Source: a virus
Length of the DNA stretch: 64,000 bases
IMG/VR virus record: IMGVR_UViG_3300044846_002605
Coordinates: 2,331 to 66,330 of that record
Reading direction: 5' to 3' (one strand)
Below are positions 53,054 to 62,580 of the stretch, one piece after another. Under the pieces are notes generated by a model, which saw only the letters and a list, made by a program, of their open reading frames with translations, ran no database searches and was not told the DNA's origin. The position numbers were made by a program, and so were the translations under genes. Every line of letters begins with the position of its first letter. The first letter of the stretch is position 1.

Positions 53054-55789
53054 TTACTTGCTAGGTTTTTTCTCATCAAATCTGTTTTTATTTTCCTTAG
53101 CAATTGCTAATTCCATTTGCTTATTCCTGGACTCATTCATCATTTTTTCTCTTTCAATGTCCAATTTTTGCTGATGTAAATCTGTTTTATTGGTTTCTTT
53201 TTCTCTGTTAAAGTTCATAGTATCAGCATATTGCTCAGACTGTTTAACATCTTTCAGTACATCTTGGAAATCAGATTGTTCATTTTTATTGACATCCTGC
53301 ATTGCTCCATAACCAGCAGCTTTAATTTCAGCTTCAAGCAATCTAGCTCTGCGGTCTTTTTCTTTCTCACGAGATTCATGATCAAGTTCCATTTGTTTTT
53401 CAGCTTTCTTAGCAGCGATTTCAGCTTCTTGAGCTTGTTGTGCGGCTTGCATTTCTTCTTTTCTTCTTTCTTCAGCTTTTGTTTCAATGCCTTTAAGAAT
53501 AATATTAAGTGAGCCAATGGAATCAGATTGCATTAATTCACCTAAATCATAAACAGAAGCACCTGTAGTGTTATTGCTCATGAACACTTGTTTTAATTGC
53601 TCAAGTGTATTTCTATTGTTGGCATTGGTTAAACAGAACACATTTAAATCAACCATTAATAAATCTGTCCCATTTATTTCAAAGTTTGTTCTCTCATCTG
53701 GAGAAATCATTCCTTGTAATCTAACGGACGGTTTTGTTGAATGGTAGAATTGTGCCAAGTCGGTTCTCATTGCATGCACACGCGGCATTAAATGATCACT
53801 GTGTTGAATAAAGTAAGTTTCAGTTTGAGCATAAGAACCGGACATGGCTTGTTCAATTCCTGTGGCTGTATTAATTTGTCCAAGTTGTTGTCCCATTCGT
53901 TGAGGGTTCAAACCAACAACTTCCATGGCTTGGTTCTTAAAGTAATTAGCCAATTGAATTCTTGACATTAATCTGTTAGACTGCTCAAGATTTAAAACTT
54001 GATAATGCTGAAAGTTTGTTGCGCTTTCTGTGTTGGCAATACTTGGATCCAATGGAAGCATTGAGAAGTCCTTCATTGCCACATAAGCTTTTGCTAAATT
54101 ATTTTTCCCCCAGTCTTCACCCATTGAATGTTTTGGAATTGCATTTTGGTCAAGAACAATTACTGATCCTAATTCATCCACAAGAATATCCGCAATTTGA
54201 TTATTGCAAATATTATATCCAATCTGTGCGGGCTTTAGCAAATCAACAAATGAGGTTGATTTGGTATTTCTATCAGAAAAGACTTTTCCTTCAATTGGAA
54301 GTTTAGCACCATACATGGTTTTGTCACCACGGAATTGGAATTTAAGTGGTCCCGGTTTCTGTCTGTCAATCCCTAAATAGATTGGATCAAAATCTGTATC
54401 AGTTTCAGTATTGAAAATAGTTCTGTTGTTTCCAATTTTAACTCCACCCCAAACTTGATTAATCCAGAACCAATCAATGTGATCACCAAAGATTAAGTTA
54501 TCTGCAGTTTCTTTTTTCTCAAATACTTTGTTGTAAATAGGTTTTGTAGTTACTACATAGTTCTCATCTACTATTTCTGTAATAACTGCACCGTCTTCAT
54601 CAATCTTGGTTAATTGACCAACTCTTCTTTGTGTTTTCCAATATGATGTAGATACACGCAATAATTCAACTGTGTGCAAATTTCCTGCATGTTCACTTTG
54701 TCCAACAATATAAGATACCACATCATGCGGATCATGTGCATTTTCTAAAAATGACAGATGTCTACGCATATCTAGACCAGAACGTCTGTTAGATTCATAA
54801 GTATCATCCGTATTGTACAAAGAACCATCATTTGGAATACCATCAATCATATATCTTGCTGATCGTGCAGGGTGCAATAATTCCAATGATTCTAATTGTT
54901 CAGCTGTCATCAAGTATCCATACTTATCTACAACATCTGCAATAGTAAGCATGTCAATCCATCCGGCCCAATTTCCTTGAGAAATGTAATGAACATTTGG
55001 TGACTTGTGATAAAAAGTAAGGGCTGGATTTAACAACTCAATATTGTAATCATCTTCTAGCATTTTAAAATGCCAAAATTCACTGTCCGTAATTAATGAA
55101 TCTCTGAAAGCAATTTCTTCCATCTCATCCATTTTAAAACGGTTTACATCAATTGCATGTTGCTTTACCGCCCATTTTTCAGCAAGTGTTTGATATTTTT
55201 TAGAGTAAAACTCTTCAATTTCTGGAAGTCGTTTTAATGCTTCTGGATCTAATTGCTGCTGTGCTTCTTGTGAGTTTGGATCCAATCCCATTTCAACCAT
55301 CTTGGCAATAAGTTTTTGTTGAGCATATTCAACTAAAACTTTACTGATTTCCTCAGTTTTCTTTTCCATGATTTCATTGTAGGAATATTCATCTACAGCA
55401 CGGTAATCAACTTTGGTATTTCTTTTTGCAAATTCAGATACAAGAGTATTTACCAAATTAGGAATAATTGGATAAAACTTTAACTCCAATGCTTCATTTT
55501 GCCCTTCAGTCAAATTTTCAAGCATTTCGGTCATCTCATTTTCTACAGATGGTAAATAATCAGTCTTATCAATTACTCCTTTAGCCAACTTATAATTCTT
55601 CATTATGCGTCTAGCTTTAGAGCCAATCTGTTTAATACCTTGCCATTCTAACCAATCAATATTCCACTTTGACCACTCATCATCTTTTTCATCTGCTGGT
55701 ACAAATTGAATTGGCTGAGTAAAGACACCAAACTTATTCTTCTTGGTTCTTTTACCCTTTTTTAAATCTATTGCATTTAATATTTCCAT
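53054..55789 (-). CDS. Portal protein
   Basis: 911 aa directly after TerL; KFYPIIPNLVNTLVSE, WINQVWGG, QIGYNI and PQRMGQ motifs; C-terminal coiled coil. Confidence 0.85.
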   Translation of the reverse strand: MEILNAIDLKKGKRTKKNKFGVFTQPIQFVPADEKDDEWSKWNIDWLEWQGIKQIGSKARRIMKNYKLAKGVIDKTDYLPSVENEMTEMLENLTEGQNEALELKFYPIIPNLVNTLVSEFAKRNTKVDYRAVDEYSYNEIMEKKTEEISKVLVEYAQQKLIAKMVEMGLDPNSQEAQQQLDPEALKRLPEIEEFYSKKYQTLAEKWAVKQHAIDVNRFKMDEMEEIAFRDSLITDSEFWHFKMLEDDYNIELLNPALTFYHKSPNVHYISQGNWAGWIDMLTIADVVDKYGYLMTAEQLESLELLHPARSARYMIDGIPNDGSLYNTDDTYESNRRSGLDMRRHLSFLENAHDPHDVVSYIVGQSEHAGNLHTVELLRVSTSYWKTQRRVGQLTKIDEDGAVITEIVDENYVVTTKPIYNKVFEKKETADNLIFGDHIDWFWINQVWGGVKIGNNRTIFNTETDTDFDPIYLGIDRQKPGPLKFQFRGDKTMYGAKLPIEGKVFSDRNTKSTSFVDLLKPAQIGYNICNNQIADILVDELGSVIVLDQNAIPKHSMGEDWGKNNLAKAYVAMKDFSMLPLDPSIANTESATNFQHYQVLNLEQSNRLMSRIQLANYFKNQAMEVVGLNPQRMGQQLGQINTATGIEQAMSGSYAQTETYFIQHSDHLMPRVHAMRTDLAQFYHSTKPSVRLQGMISPDERTNFEINGTDLLMVDLNVFCLTNANNRNTLEQLKQVFMSNNTTGASVYDLGELMQSDSIGSLNIILKGIETKAEERRKEEMQAAQQAQEAEIAAKKAEKQMELDHESREKEKDRRARLLEAEIKAAGYGAMQDVNKNEQSDFQDVLKDVKQSEQYADTMNFNREKETNKTDLHQQKLDIEREKMMNESRNKQMELAIAKENKNRFDEKKPSK

Positions 55790-58014
55790 TATCTAAAATT
55801 TTTAAATGGATTCCGCGGTTTTTTCATGCTCAATGATTCACTGCTCGCTCCAATATGTCTAAACGGACTCCTATTTAATTTATACAAATTTTCTGACTTT
55901 TCCAAATCTTCTTCATTATCATATTCAACTCTTTTCTTCAAACCTCTGCTTGCTTCCTGTATTTTTACAAATGTAATCAAAGCTCCCAAAGAAATTAATC
56001 TATCCACATTGACTCCTGGTTGATAATGTTCCATTTCAACCATGGCCATGTAATCAGGAATTCTAGATATGCCATAATGCTTTTTGTAGATCTTACCATC
56101 TTCATCAGTTTCCACATCTAGTTCTTCCCGAAGGTACTCAATTAAATAACTCAACATGACTGTTTTGAATATAGTAGAAACATTTCGCCAACCGTATTGC
56201 TGAAACTGAGTTTTAGACTGTTGTACCTCTTTAGAAAATACAATCTGAGATGATGGTACCAAATACTTTTGTTTGCGCTTAAACTGCATGTATTGGATAA
56301 ACAGAGGGACGTTGTTCTCAACCACTGTCCATGCTTGATACCATTCAATAATTAACTCAAGTCTTTCATGTGTTTTATTGATGTCATCATACCTTCCGGT
56401 CCATGCGCACACTATTTTATCTCCTTCAATGAAAGTTTCTACTTCACCGTTAGCCAATACCCTTTGTATTTGTACAGGGTTCTTGTAAACATGAATAGAA
56501 CAAAGTGAATCAGAGGTTACTGTTTTTCCCTCTGACACGGGATCGACTGATGCAAAGTATGTAGTGCAAAAGTCTTTTTCCTCATCCGGTTCCTCCCATA
56601 CCTGTATTGCACCAGATTTATCTTCTGAGCTTTTATCTATAGGAAAAACCAATATAGGTTTCTTGGTTGTTGGTGATGCAATAATCTCACCTTTATTATC
56701 ATAAGCCAAGTTATAACAAGAATAAGGATAATCTCCTTCTTCAATATCGCGTTTGTGTGATTTTACAAGTTCTAATGGAAACACGCTCTCACCTCTGAAA
56801 GCAAATGCTTCTTCCATATTGGTTGGTCGCTGAGAACATCTAATTTGATATGTTTCAGGATCCAAATCTTTTTTCCACTGCTTTTTTAACTCAACCAGTG
56901 CTTCTAATGCTTCTTCTACTTTTGAATTACCAAACTCATCAATGTATGGCGGCATTGACCATTGCTCTGGAATAAATAATCCTGTGTTAAGAACTGTTCC
57001 TTTTGAGTCAGCCCATCTATTAGGTACTTCATAAAATCCATTTCCTTTGGCTTTATACATGTATTTGCGCAAAGGTTCACACTGTTTTAAGTCACCCACA
57101 GTTCCTGATGCAATAAAATAACCTGTGGTTATTTCACCGGCCTGTAATGCAGGAAGCATGAACTCATAAGTTTTGTCCATGGATTTGGCAATTCCAGCTT
57201 CTTCGTAGAAAAACAAAGTACAAAGTCCCCCTACACCGGCTGTATCTGATTGCTCAAATGACAATGCTTGAAGAACTCCTTTTCTACCTCTTTCAGTTTT
57301 TCTACCATTTTCAACATACTCAATTTTCTGTTGCCATTCACCAACTCCTCCTGGATTCATTGGTCGGTACCACGCAGTATGTTGATTCAAAAAGTTTTTG
57401 TACTCATTGATCATTTTCCATGTACCATTTACACCAGTTACATACGCGCTTAATGATGAACCAATTTTTAATACTGGTCCATATTCAAACCATAATACAT
57501 TTACAAGTTTGGCTCCATGATAAAATGAAGATCCAAACTGTCTTTTCTTTAAGATGACTCCATGCTGATAAAACAATTCACCAATTACTTCATAAAGTGA
57601 CATGTGATACTGAGCGTCATGAATGTCTGGAAAATCTGTTTTTCTTTTTACTTTGTCAATGATTGGTAAAAAATTAATCCAGAAATAGTAGTCCCGCGGT
57701 AGGTAATACTTTTTATCACCTTTCCAAAACAAAACTCCTTTTCTGGATTTTAATTTTTCATTGTTCCAATAATCAATAAAATCTTTAGTGCCGTCTGCAG
57801 CATCACAGAAGTAACCATCTTTTTTAAACTTTAACCCTTGTTTTTGAAATTCAAAAACTACTTCATCAAAGTCGTACTGTCCCGGTTCTTTAAAATAATC
57901 TGCTTCTAAAGTTGTAGCCATATCAAGCCTGCTTGGAAAACTGTACGTTGTCCAAACACCGTCATGCCACAAAGGTATGTCTTCATGGAACTCACCCAAA
58001 TCATCCTTAATCAT
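55789..58014 (-). CDS. terL: Terminase large subunit
   Basis: Walker A-like ILKKRQFGSS, Walker B FFYEEAG, coupling motif GTVG, nuclease ASVDPV and NVDR. Confidence 0.9.
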   Translation of the reverse strand: MIKDDLGEFHEDIPLWHDGVWTTYSFPSRLDMATTLEADYFKEPGQYDFDEVVFEFQKQGLKFKKDGYFCDAADGTKDFIDYWNNEKLKSRKGVLFWKGDKKYYLPRDYYFWINFLPIIDKVKRKTDFPDIHDAQYHMSLYEVIGELFYQHGVILKKRQFGSSFYHGAKLVNVLWFEYGPVLKIGSSLSAYVTGVNGTWKMINEYKNFLNQHTAWYRPMNPGGVGEWQQKIEYVENGRKTERGRKGVLQALSFEQSDTAGVGGLCTLFFYEEAGIAKSMDKTYEFMLPALQAGEITTGYFIASGTVGDLKQCEPLRKYMYKAKGNGFYEVPNRWADSKGTVLNTGLFIPEQWSMPPYIDEFGNSKVEEALEALVELKKQWKKDLDPETYQIRCSQRPTNMEEAFAFRGESVFPLELVKSHKRDIEEGDYPYSCYNLAYDNKGEIIASPTTKKPILVFPIDKSSEDKSGAIQVWEEPDEEKDFCTTYFASVDPVSEGKTVTSDSLCSIHVYKNPVQIQRVLANGEVETFIEGDKIVCAWTGRYDDINKTHERLELIIEWYQAWTVVENNVPLFIQYMQFKRKQKYLVPSSQIVFSKEVQQSKTQFQQYGWRNVSTIFKTVMLSYLIEYLREELDVETDEDGKIYKKHYGISRIPDYMAMVEMEHYQPGVNVDRLISLGALITFVKIQEASRGLKKRVEYDNEEDLEKSENLYKLNRSPFRHIGASSESLSMKKPRNPFKNFR

Positions 58015-58519
58015 CGTAACTTAGTTTTTGTCCACCACGCGCTCTTGATGATTGTTCTTCTTCAAGATCCTTGGCTACTCCTTTAAATGATTTTCTGATA
58101 GCATCAAAGTTTTTTGCTGCACTTACAATAGCTGTAATATTACCATCTCGTCCATCAGTTATGGTTTGATTTTCCATGTAGAATGCAAGTTTTTCTAACA
58201 TGTTGGCAATACCATTGTATGCGCGAATAGTTGGGGTTTCATACATTTCCTTGCATCTATCCAAAGCCATTCTTATGAGTCTGTCTTCTGGATCAAAGTT
58301 AGGATTTAAATCTGAAAGAATTTCATCTTGCACTTCGTCTTGAGGACGGTTAAAATATGGATTTTCTGAACTCCGGCAACTCATGTAAAACAAGTACGCA
58401 TAGATTTCCAAATGATTATCTGGGTACTCTTCCATTATCCTTCTTAAAAAAGGAATTGTGTGACAATGTTCCGTTGGGACTACCTTGCCGTTTATTGCAT
58501 CAAATAACTTAATGGCCAT
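58007..58519 (-). CDS. Probable terminase small subunit
   Basis: 170 aa helical protein overlapping the TerL start; C-terminal RARGG. Confidence 0.5.
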   Translation of the reverse strand: MAIKLFDAINGKVVPTEHCHTIPFLRRIMEEYPDNHLEIYAYLFYMSCRSSENPYFNRPQDEVQDEILSDLNPNFDPEDRLIRMALDRCKEMYETPTIRAYNGIANMLEKLAFYMENQTITDGRDGNITAIVSAAKNFDAIRKSFKGVAKDLEEEQSSRARGGQKLSYDD

Positions 58520-59348
58520 GGTTTAATATTTTTTCTCTGTGTTCTTGAACATACTTGAACATTGCAATTACCTCTTTCTTCATGTAAGGTAATTCATACG
58601 GTGTTACACTTTTTACTAGCGGATCACCCATAGCATCTGTAGCAACAACTGGATAGCCATTCTTATCTAAGTGGTCAATCTCAAATTCAATATGATCTAA
58701 TTGGATTTTACCCGGCTTTAAATTAAAGTTGTGTTTTAACATGATGTACATGTATGTGCTTAATTGTAACGCATACTCATTGTAATTGCACTCATCTAAA
58801 TGAGAAAGAGGGCCTAGCATTTTTTTGCTTTTACCAGCTCTGTCTACAAATCCTTGCAATTTAATTTCTTTGTTTGTTTTGTAGTCATACACATCAATTG
58901 TATCATCTACAACTTCAATTCTATCTGCTTGTCCACAAACTCCTACAGATTTTAAATAAACCAAATGCTCAGGATAAATGCCATCAGTTAATTGTTGCTC
59001 TGGAGCCAACTTGACTAATCCATCCATTAACGGATTTATGATTGTCAATTCTTTTCCCTTCCTAGTAATTGTGTTACAAGCAAGAACATCTTTTTCTCTT
59101 TGATCATGATACCATGAACCTAAGTTAACTGCTCGTTTGTTTTCAGTTTCCCAAAGTTTAATAATTTCTTCAGGAGTCATTTTGTTGTATTTAGGGTTCT
59201 TCCCTTTAGAACACGCTTCAGCCATTTTAACTGTGTCAAATGGCTCTTTAAAGTAATGAATCAACCGTGTCACACTTATCCAATCAATTGGATCTCTTTC
59301 ATCAATACTGATGTATTTGTGCTCATCGGCATAAAATTTTACACTCAT
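58509..59348 (-). CDS. PD-(D/E)XK family nuclease
   Basis: ISVT...GSWYH...PEHLVY...CGQADRI...YDYKTN...YALQLSTY, a RecB/Cas4-like motif set. Confidence 0.85.
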   Translation of the reverse strand: MSVKFYADEHKYISIDERDPIDWISVTRLIHYFKEPFDTVKMAEACSKGKNPKYNKMTPEEIIKLWETENKRAVNLGSWYHDQREKDVLACNTITRKGKELTIINPLMDGLVKLAPEQQLTDGIYPEHLVYLKSVGVCGQADRIEVVDDTIDVYDYKTNKEIKLQGFVDRAGKSKKMLGPLSHLDECNYNEYALQLSTYMYIMLKHNFNLKPGKIQLDHIEFEIDHLDKNGYPVVATDAMGDPLVKSVTPYELPYMKKEVIAMFKYVQEHREKILNHGH

Positions 59349-59677
59349 AGTTTTCCCTTTTGATTTAAAAATATGATACCTGCATTTCTTACTTCTTCAT
59401 CTTTACTTCTAAGTAAAAGCTTCAGTTTAAAGTATTCTTGCGGTGAAATCACAGAACCTGCTAACAAATCTGCAGCCAAAGCAATTGTTTCCAGATACTC
59501 TTTTTCATCTGCGGAAATTGATACAGTTTTGAATGGATCATAAACATTTGCGCTGCTTTGAGTTATCTGACTCCATAATCCTTGTGCATTACTAGGATCA
59601 ATTGGCATTATACCTGAATCATCAAGATGCGACTTAATAGGACCAGCATTGTATAAATTACTTTTGTTCAGACTCAT
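59345..59677 (-). CDS. Hypothetical protein
   Basis: Tiles between its neighbours with short overlaps; ATG at 59675-59677. Confidence 0.6.
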   Translation of the reverse strand: MSLNKSNLYNAGPIKSHLDDSGIMPIDPSNAQGLWSQITQSSANVYDPFKTVSISADEKEYLETIALAADLLAGSVISPQEYFKLKLLLRSKDEEVRNAGIIFLNQKGKL

Positions 59678-59981
59678 CACTTAATTTTTTTTGAAGTAAA
59701 TAACTTTCTTCATGAGATAACACGGCATCCCATTTTCCTTCTGGACAATTAGAACCAAGAGCCCTAAGTTTTAGTCCCATACTGCAACCACAAGATCCAC
59801 AACAAGGTCCGGTTCCAGGAACAAGACACTTATCTCCTTTTTTATCTAATAGCGGACAACCCTCGCAAATCATCCATCTTTCTTTGGCAATTTCTTCAAC
59901 ATGTTCATTTTTGAAAATGTTATTTTTGATCCCCTCCAGGATTTGCCCTTTTGCTTTCCAAACTTTTATTACGCTTTTCAT
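59658..59981 (-). CDS. Small Cys-rich metal-binding protein
   Basis: RWMICEGCP...CCGSCGCSMGLKLR...CPEGKW; likely start MKSVIK at 59981. Confidence 0.65.
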   Translation of the reverse strand: MKSVIKVWKAKGQILEGIKNNIFKNEHVEEIAKERWMICEGCPLLDKKGDKCLVPGTGPCCGSCGCSMGLKLRALGSNCPEGKWDAVLSHEESYLLQKKLSDESEQK

Positions 59982-60315
59982 ACAACGGTTTATAGTATTC
60001 ATTACACATTTCTAACCCTTTTATTTTGCTATCCAGCAGTGATTTAGAAAGATTGAATTTAATGACTTTTTTAAAATCCTCTTGAGAGTTACTTTCCAAT
60101 AATTTCTGCATTTTTTCAATGTTCTTCTCAAGCTTTTTTCTGCTTAATCTGAGAGTACCGAATCCATGTAGAAAAATTGTAGGACTTTCTAAATTCTCAA
60201 TCTTTCTTGTTACTACTGAATAGTAAAACTCAACAACATCTTTTACCATTTCTTCTGGTAAATTTAATTGCTGTGCTGTTTTTTTAATTAGGTCTTTGCC
60301 CTTGGTCGGTTTCAA
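59920..60315 (-). CDS. IHF/HU-like DNA-binding protein
   Basis: KDLIKKTAQQLNL...VKDVVEFY...IFLHGFGTLRL matches the HU/IHF N-terminal helices and GFGTF-type motif. Confidence 0.7.
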   Translation of the reverse strand: MKPTKGKDLIKKTAQQLNLPEEMVKDVVEFYYSVVTRKIENLESPTIFLHGFGTLRLSRKKLEKNIEKMQKLLESNSQEDFKKVIKFNLSKSLLDSKIKGLEMCNEYYKPLYEKRNKSLESKRANPGGDQK

Positions 60316-60667
60316 GATGATACACTTTTAAATTCAGTAATATGGTTCCCTCTGTCAATAACTCCAAACTCTTGTTTAAAGAAACAAGTTTGTTTCCTAA
60401 TCCACTTCTTGTTACTAAATCTTCTTTTACACACTTGGTGATAAAGTTTCTGGTAGTTTGAACATTACCAAAGATTTCTTCAGAAACAACTTCATTACAG
60501 AAATCAGACATGTTTATTTCACCATACAATCCCAATAAAGACAAACAATCTAATTGTGCCGGACTTAACCTGATCTTGTTTATGAAGCAATACATGTTTA
60601 TTTGAAACTTGATTACTTCAATCAAAGATAGCGGCACTTGCTTGTTTACAACTAACGCCTTTGCCAT
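60284..60667 (-). CDS. Possible winged helix-turn-helix protein
   Basis: LSPAQLDCLSLL...MSDFCNEV...QTTRNFITKCVKEDLVTR resembles a MarR-type wHTH. Confidence 0.5.
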   Translation of the reverse strand: MAKALVVNKQVPLSLIEVIKFQINMYCFINKIRLSPAQLDCLSLLGLYGEINMSDFCNEVVSEEIFGNVQTTRNFITKCVKEDLVTRSGLGNKLVSLNKSLELLTEGTILLNLKVYHLETDQGQRPN

Positions 60668-60669
60668 GA

Positions 60670-60942
60670 TTACTCTTCTTTTGTTTCTTGTTCTACATTA
60701 TTTTTTTCTGCTTCTTCTTCTTCAGCCGCGTCTTGCATAGCTTGGTTAATTTGCATCATTCTCATAGAATAATCAAATGCTTCAAACTGTGCTTTTTTAA
60801 TACGAGCTTTGTACTCTTCAACTGAACATTGAGCAGCAAGAACCTTTTCTTGACTCTTGTAATATGCAATTGTTTTTTCTTGCATTGCGCGTATCTCTTG
60901 TGGAGTGTACTCGCGTTCTTCTTGGTTGGTTTGTTCTGACAT
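60670..60942 (-). CDS. Hypothetical coiled-coil protein
   Basis: 90 aa, first gene after an AT-rich intergenic region. Confidence 0.65.
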   Translation of the reverse strand: MSEQTNQEEREYTPQEIRAMQEKTIAYYKSQEKVLAAQCSVEEYKARIKKAQFEAFDYSMRMMQINQAMQDAAEEEEAEKNNVEQETKEE

Positions 60943-60944
60943 AA

Positions 60945-61000
60945 TTTTTAATGTTTATTATGCCAAATGTAATAATAAATGTTTAACTATTTAATGTTTA
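60945..61000 (-). promoter_or_regulatory. Candidate promoter/operator region
   Basis: TACATTTG (Bacteroidota -7 consensus TAnnTTTG) on the minus strand at 60964-60971; three direct copies of AATGTTTA on the plus strand at 60950, 60978 and 60993. Confidence 0.45.
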
Positions 61001-61002
61001 AT

Positions 61003-61030
61003 AAAAAAGCCCTCTGTACTTGAGGGCTTT
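61003..61030 (-). terminator. Rho-independent terminator ending the lysis cassette
   Basis: Minus strand AAAGCCCTC-AAGTACA-GAGGGCTTT then TTT. Confidence 0.75.
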
Positions 61031-61061
61031 GACCAATGAAATAAAATTCAAAGGGGTGAAT

Positions 61062-61355
61062 TTATTTTCTTCTAGGATTGTTTCCTTTGCCGTTTCTAGC
61101 GCGGTTTGTAGAAGCTTTCTCACTTACCAGTTTTCCTTTTTTGGTGTGTGATTTATCTTTACCATCCCCATTGCCATAAGTTCCAGATTTTCTATTAGCC
61201 GCATTTAATTCTTCTCTGTATTTAATGCGCGAAGGACTTGAATGATACTCTTTGTTGTATTCATTCTTTTTCTTACGCGCTTCAGGATTAGAAGCAAAAT
61301 ACTTTGCAGATTTACTTTTTCCAGTAGACTTGCCTGCTAATGAATTTCTAGCCAT
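61062..61355 (-). CDS. Small basic protein, reduced HNH-like
   Basis: GDGKDKSH...STNRARN resembles the DxxH...N...R core of minimal phage HNH proteins with the loop shortened. Confidence 0.45.
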   Translation of the reverse strand: MARNSLAGKSTGKSKSAKYFASNPEARKKKNEYNKEYHSSPSRIKYREELNAANRKSGTYGNGDGKDKSHTKKGKLVSEKASTNRARNGKGNNPRRK

Positions 61356-62037
61356 TCTTTAATGCTTTTAACATTGCAATTAACTTTGGTTGTGGAGAAA
61401 CATCAGATTTATCTTTACGGTATGAGTTATGGGTAAAAACCCCATTCTCTCCTTTTAAAGCTCTAACAGATATATCCCAGATGTCTTCATTGTAAGTTAA
61501 ATCAATTCCATGTACTTTGTTCCAATAAACCAACAACTGACGCACAGACTCAATTTGTGCATCCGTATAGGCATGGTAAAACTGATGTCCTTTGTACGGC
61601 TTCTGCAATGTGCAAACTTGATCCGCAGGTACTTCTCTGTTTACATAGTTATAAAACTTACCATCTCCTTTTACTGTTAGTGGTCCCCAATTACAAATCT
61701 CAATACCTATGGCTATAGGATCAAGTGATTTATAAGGTACACGGTTTGCTCTGAATATGTCTTGTTTTAAGCCTAAATGGTATCCCCATTTTTTTGAAGA
61801 GAATGCTTGACAGATCTCGCCATCAAAAGTATCTTTTGAAAGCCCTTTTCCAGAAATTACAACACATGTTGCAATTCTGCCACGATCATCGGCATTCCAC
61901 ATTCTAATGGTTGCAGGTGCAGAAGAATTTCCAGCAGTGTGATGCAAAACAATTTGAACTTTTTTTACATCTTCATCTACATACTGAGATGTAGATAATG
62001 GAACTTGCTTAATTTTTTTTAGATCTAACTCTCCCAT
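61348..62037 (-). CDS. Endolysin, N-acetylmuramoyl-L-alanine amidase (Amidase_2 type)
   Basis: IVLHHTAG, AIGIEI, YTDAQIES, FTHNSYRKDKSD; likely start MGELDL at 62037. Confidence 0.85.
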   Translation of the reverse strand: MGELDLKKIKQVPLSTSQYVDEDVKKVQIVLHHTAGNSSAPATIRMWNADDRGRIATCVVISGKGLSKDTFDGEICQAFSSKKWGYHLGLKQDIFRANRVPYKSLDPIAIGIEICNWGPLTVKGDGKFYNYVNREVPADQVCTLQKPYKGHQFYHAYTDAQIESVRQLLVYWNKVHGIDLTYNEDIWDISVRALKGENGVFTHNSYRKDKSDVSPQPKLIAMLKALKNG

Positions 62038-62041
62038 GTTT

Positions 62042-62335
62042 TTATTTGTTGAATTTTTTAACAAATATCTTTGAGATGAAATTGCCAATTTTTTTCAAAA
62101 ATCCATTTTCTGCATCTATTTCAACAGTAGTGCCGGTTTCATCTTTTCTTACATGAACATCAAGTTTTTTAGAATCTAAATCAAATTCTTTTCCATCTGT
62201 TCCTTGCTCATACTTTACATCAACCTTTTCAGTATTGACTTCAGCTTTGAACTTGTCATCTTTTTTTTCTACATGAACGTCAACTTTTTTAGTATCCACA
62301 TCCACTTTGAAATCTTCAACTTTTTTCTTTGCCAT
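62042..62335 (-). CDS. Repeat protein with amphipathic basic C-terminal helix
   Basis: Three K(V/L)DV-containing repeats, then GFLKKIGNFISKIFVKKFNK. Confidence 0.65.
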   Translation of the reverse strand: MAKKKVEDFKVDVDTKKVDVHVEKKDDKFKAEVNTEKVDVKYEQGTDGKEFDLDSKKLDVHVRKDETGTTVEIDAENGFLKKIGNFISKIFVKKFNK

Positions 62336-62337
62336 GA

Positions 62338-62580
62338 TTATTTATTTTCAGGTGTTTCTTCTGGTTTATCTTCAACTGTAAGCTGTGACAAAGTAGCTGT
62401 TACCCCACCCACTGCCACAAGATACCCTGCACCAGATATAATTGCTGCTGGTAATGCTACTGGTGCTGCAAGTAAAAGTGCACCAATCGCTCCAGCTGCT
62501 ATTCCAATTCTTTGCATTTTTTTCCAAAATTTTGGTGTTTTTGCCTTCCATCTTTCTTTAAGCGTTTTCTTCTCCATCAT
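62338..62580 (-). CDS. Small two-TM membrane protein (holin/antiholin-like)
   Basis: Basic N-terminus, two hydrophobic segments, acidic tail; likely start MMEKK at 62580. Confidence 0.6.
   Translation of the reverse strand: MMEKKTLKERWKAKTPKFWKKMQRIGIAAGAIGALLLAAPVALPAAIISGAGYLVAVGGVTATLSQLTVEDKPEETPENK

Noticed and set aside
49993-58014. Introns or inteins in TerL, portal or MCP
   Set aside because: The ORFs are uninterrupted and of ordinary size; I saw no intein terminal motifs or LAGLIDADG-like segments.
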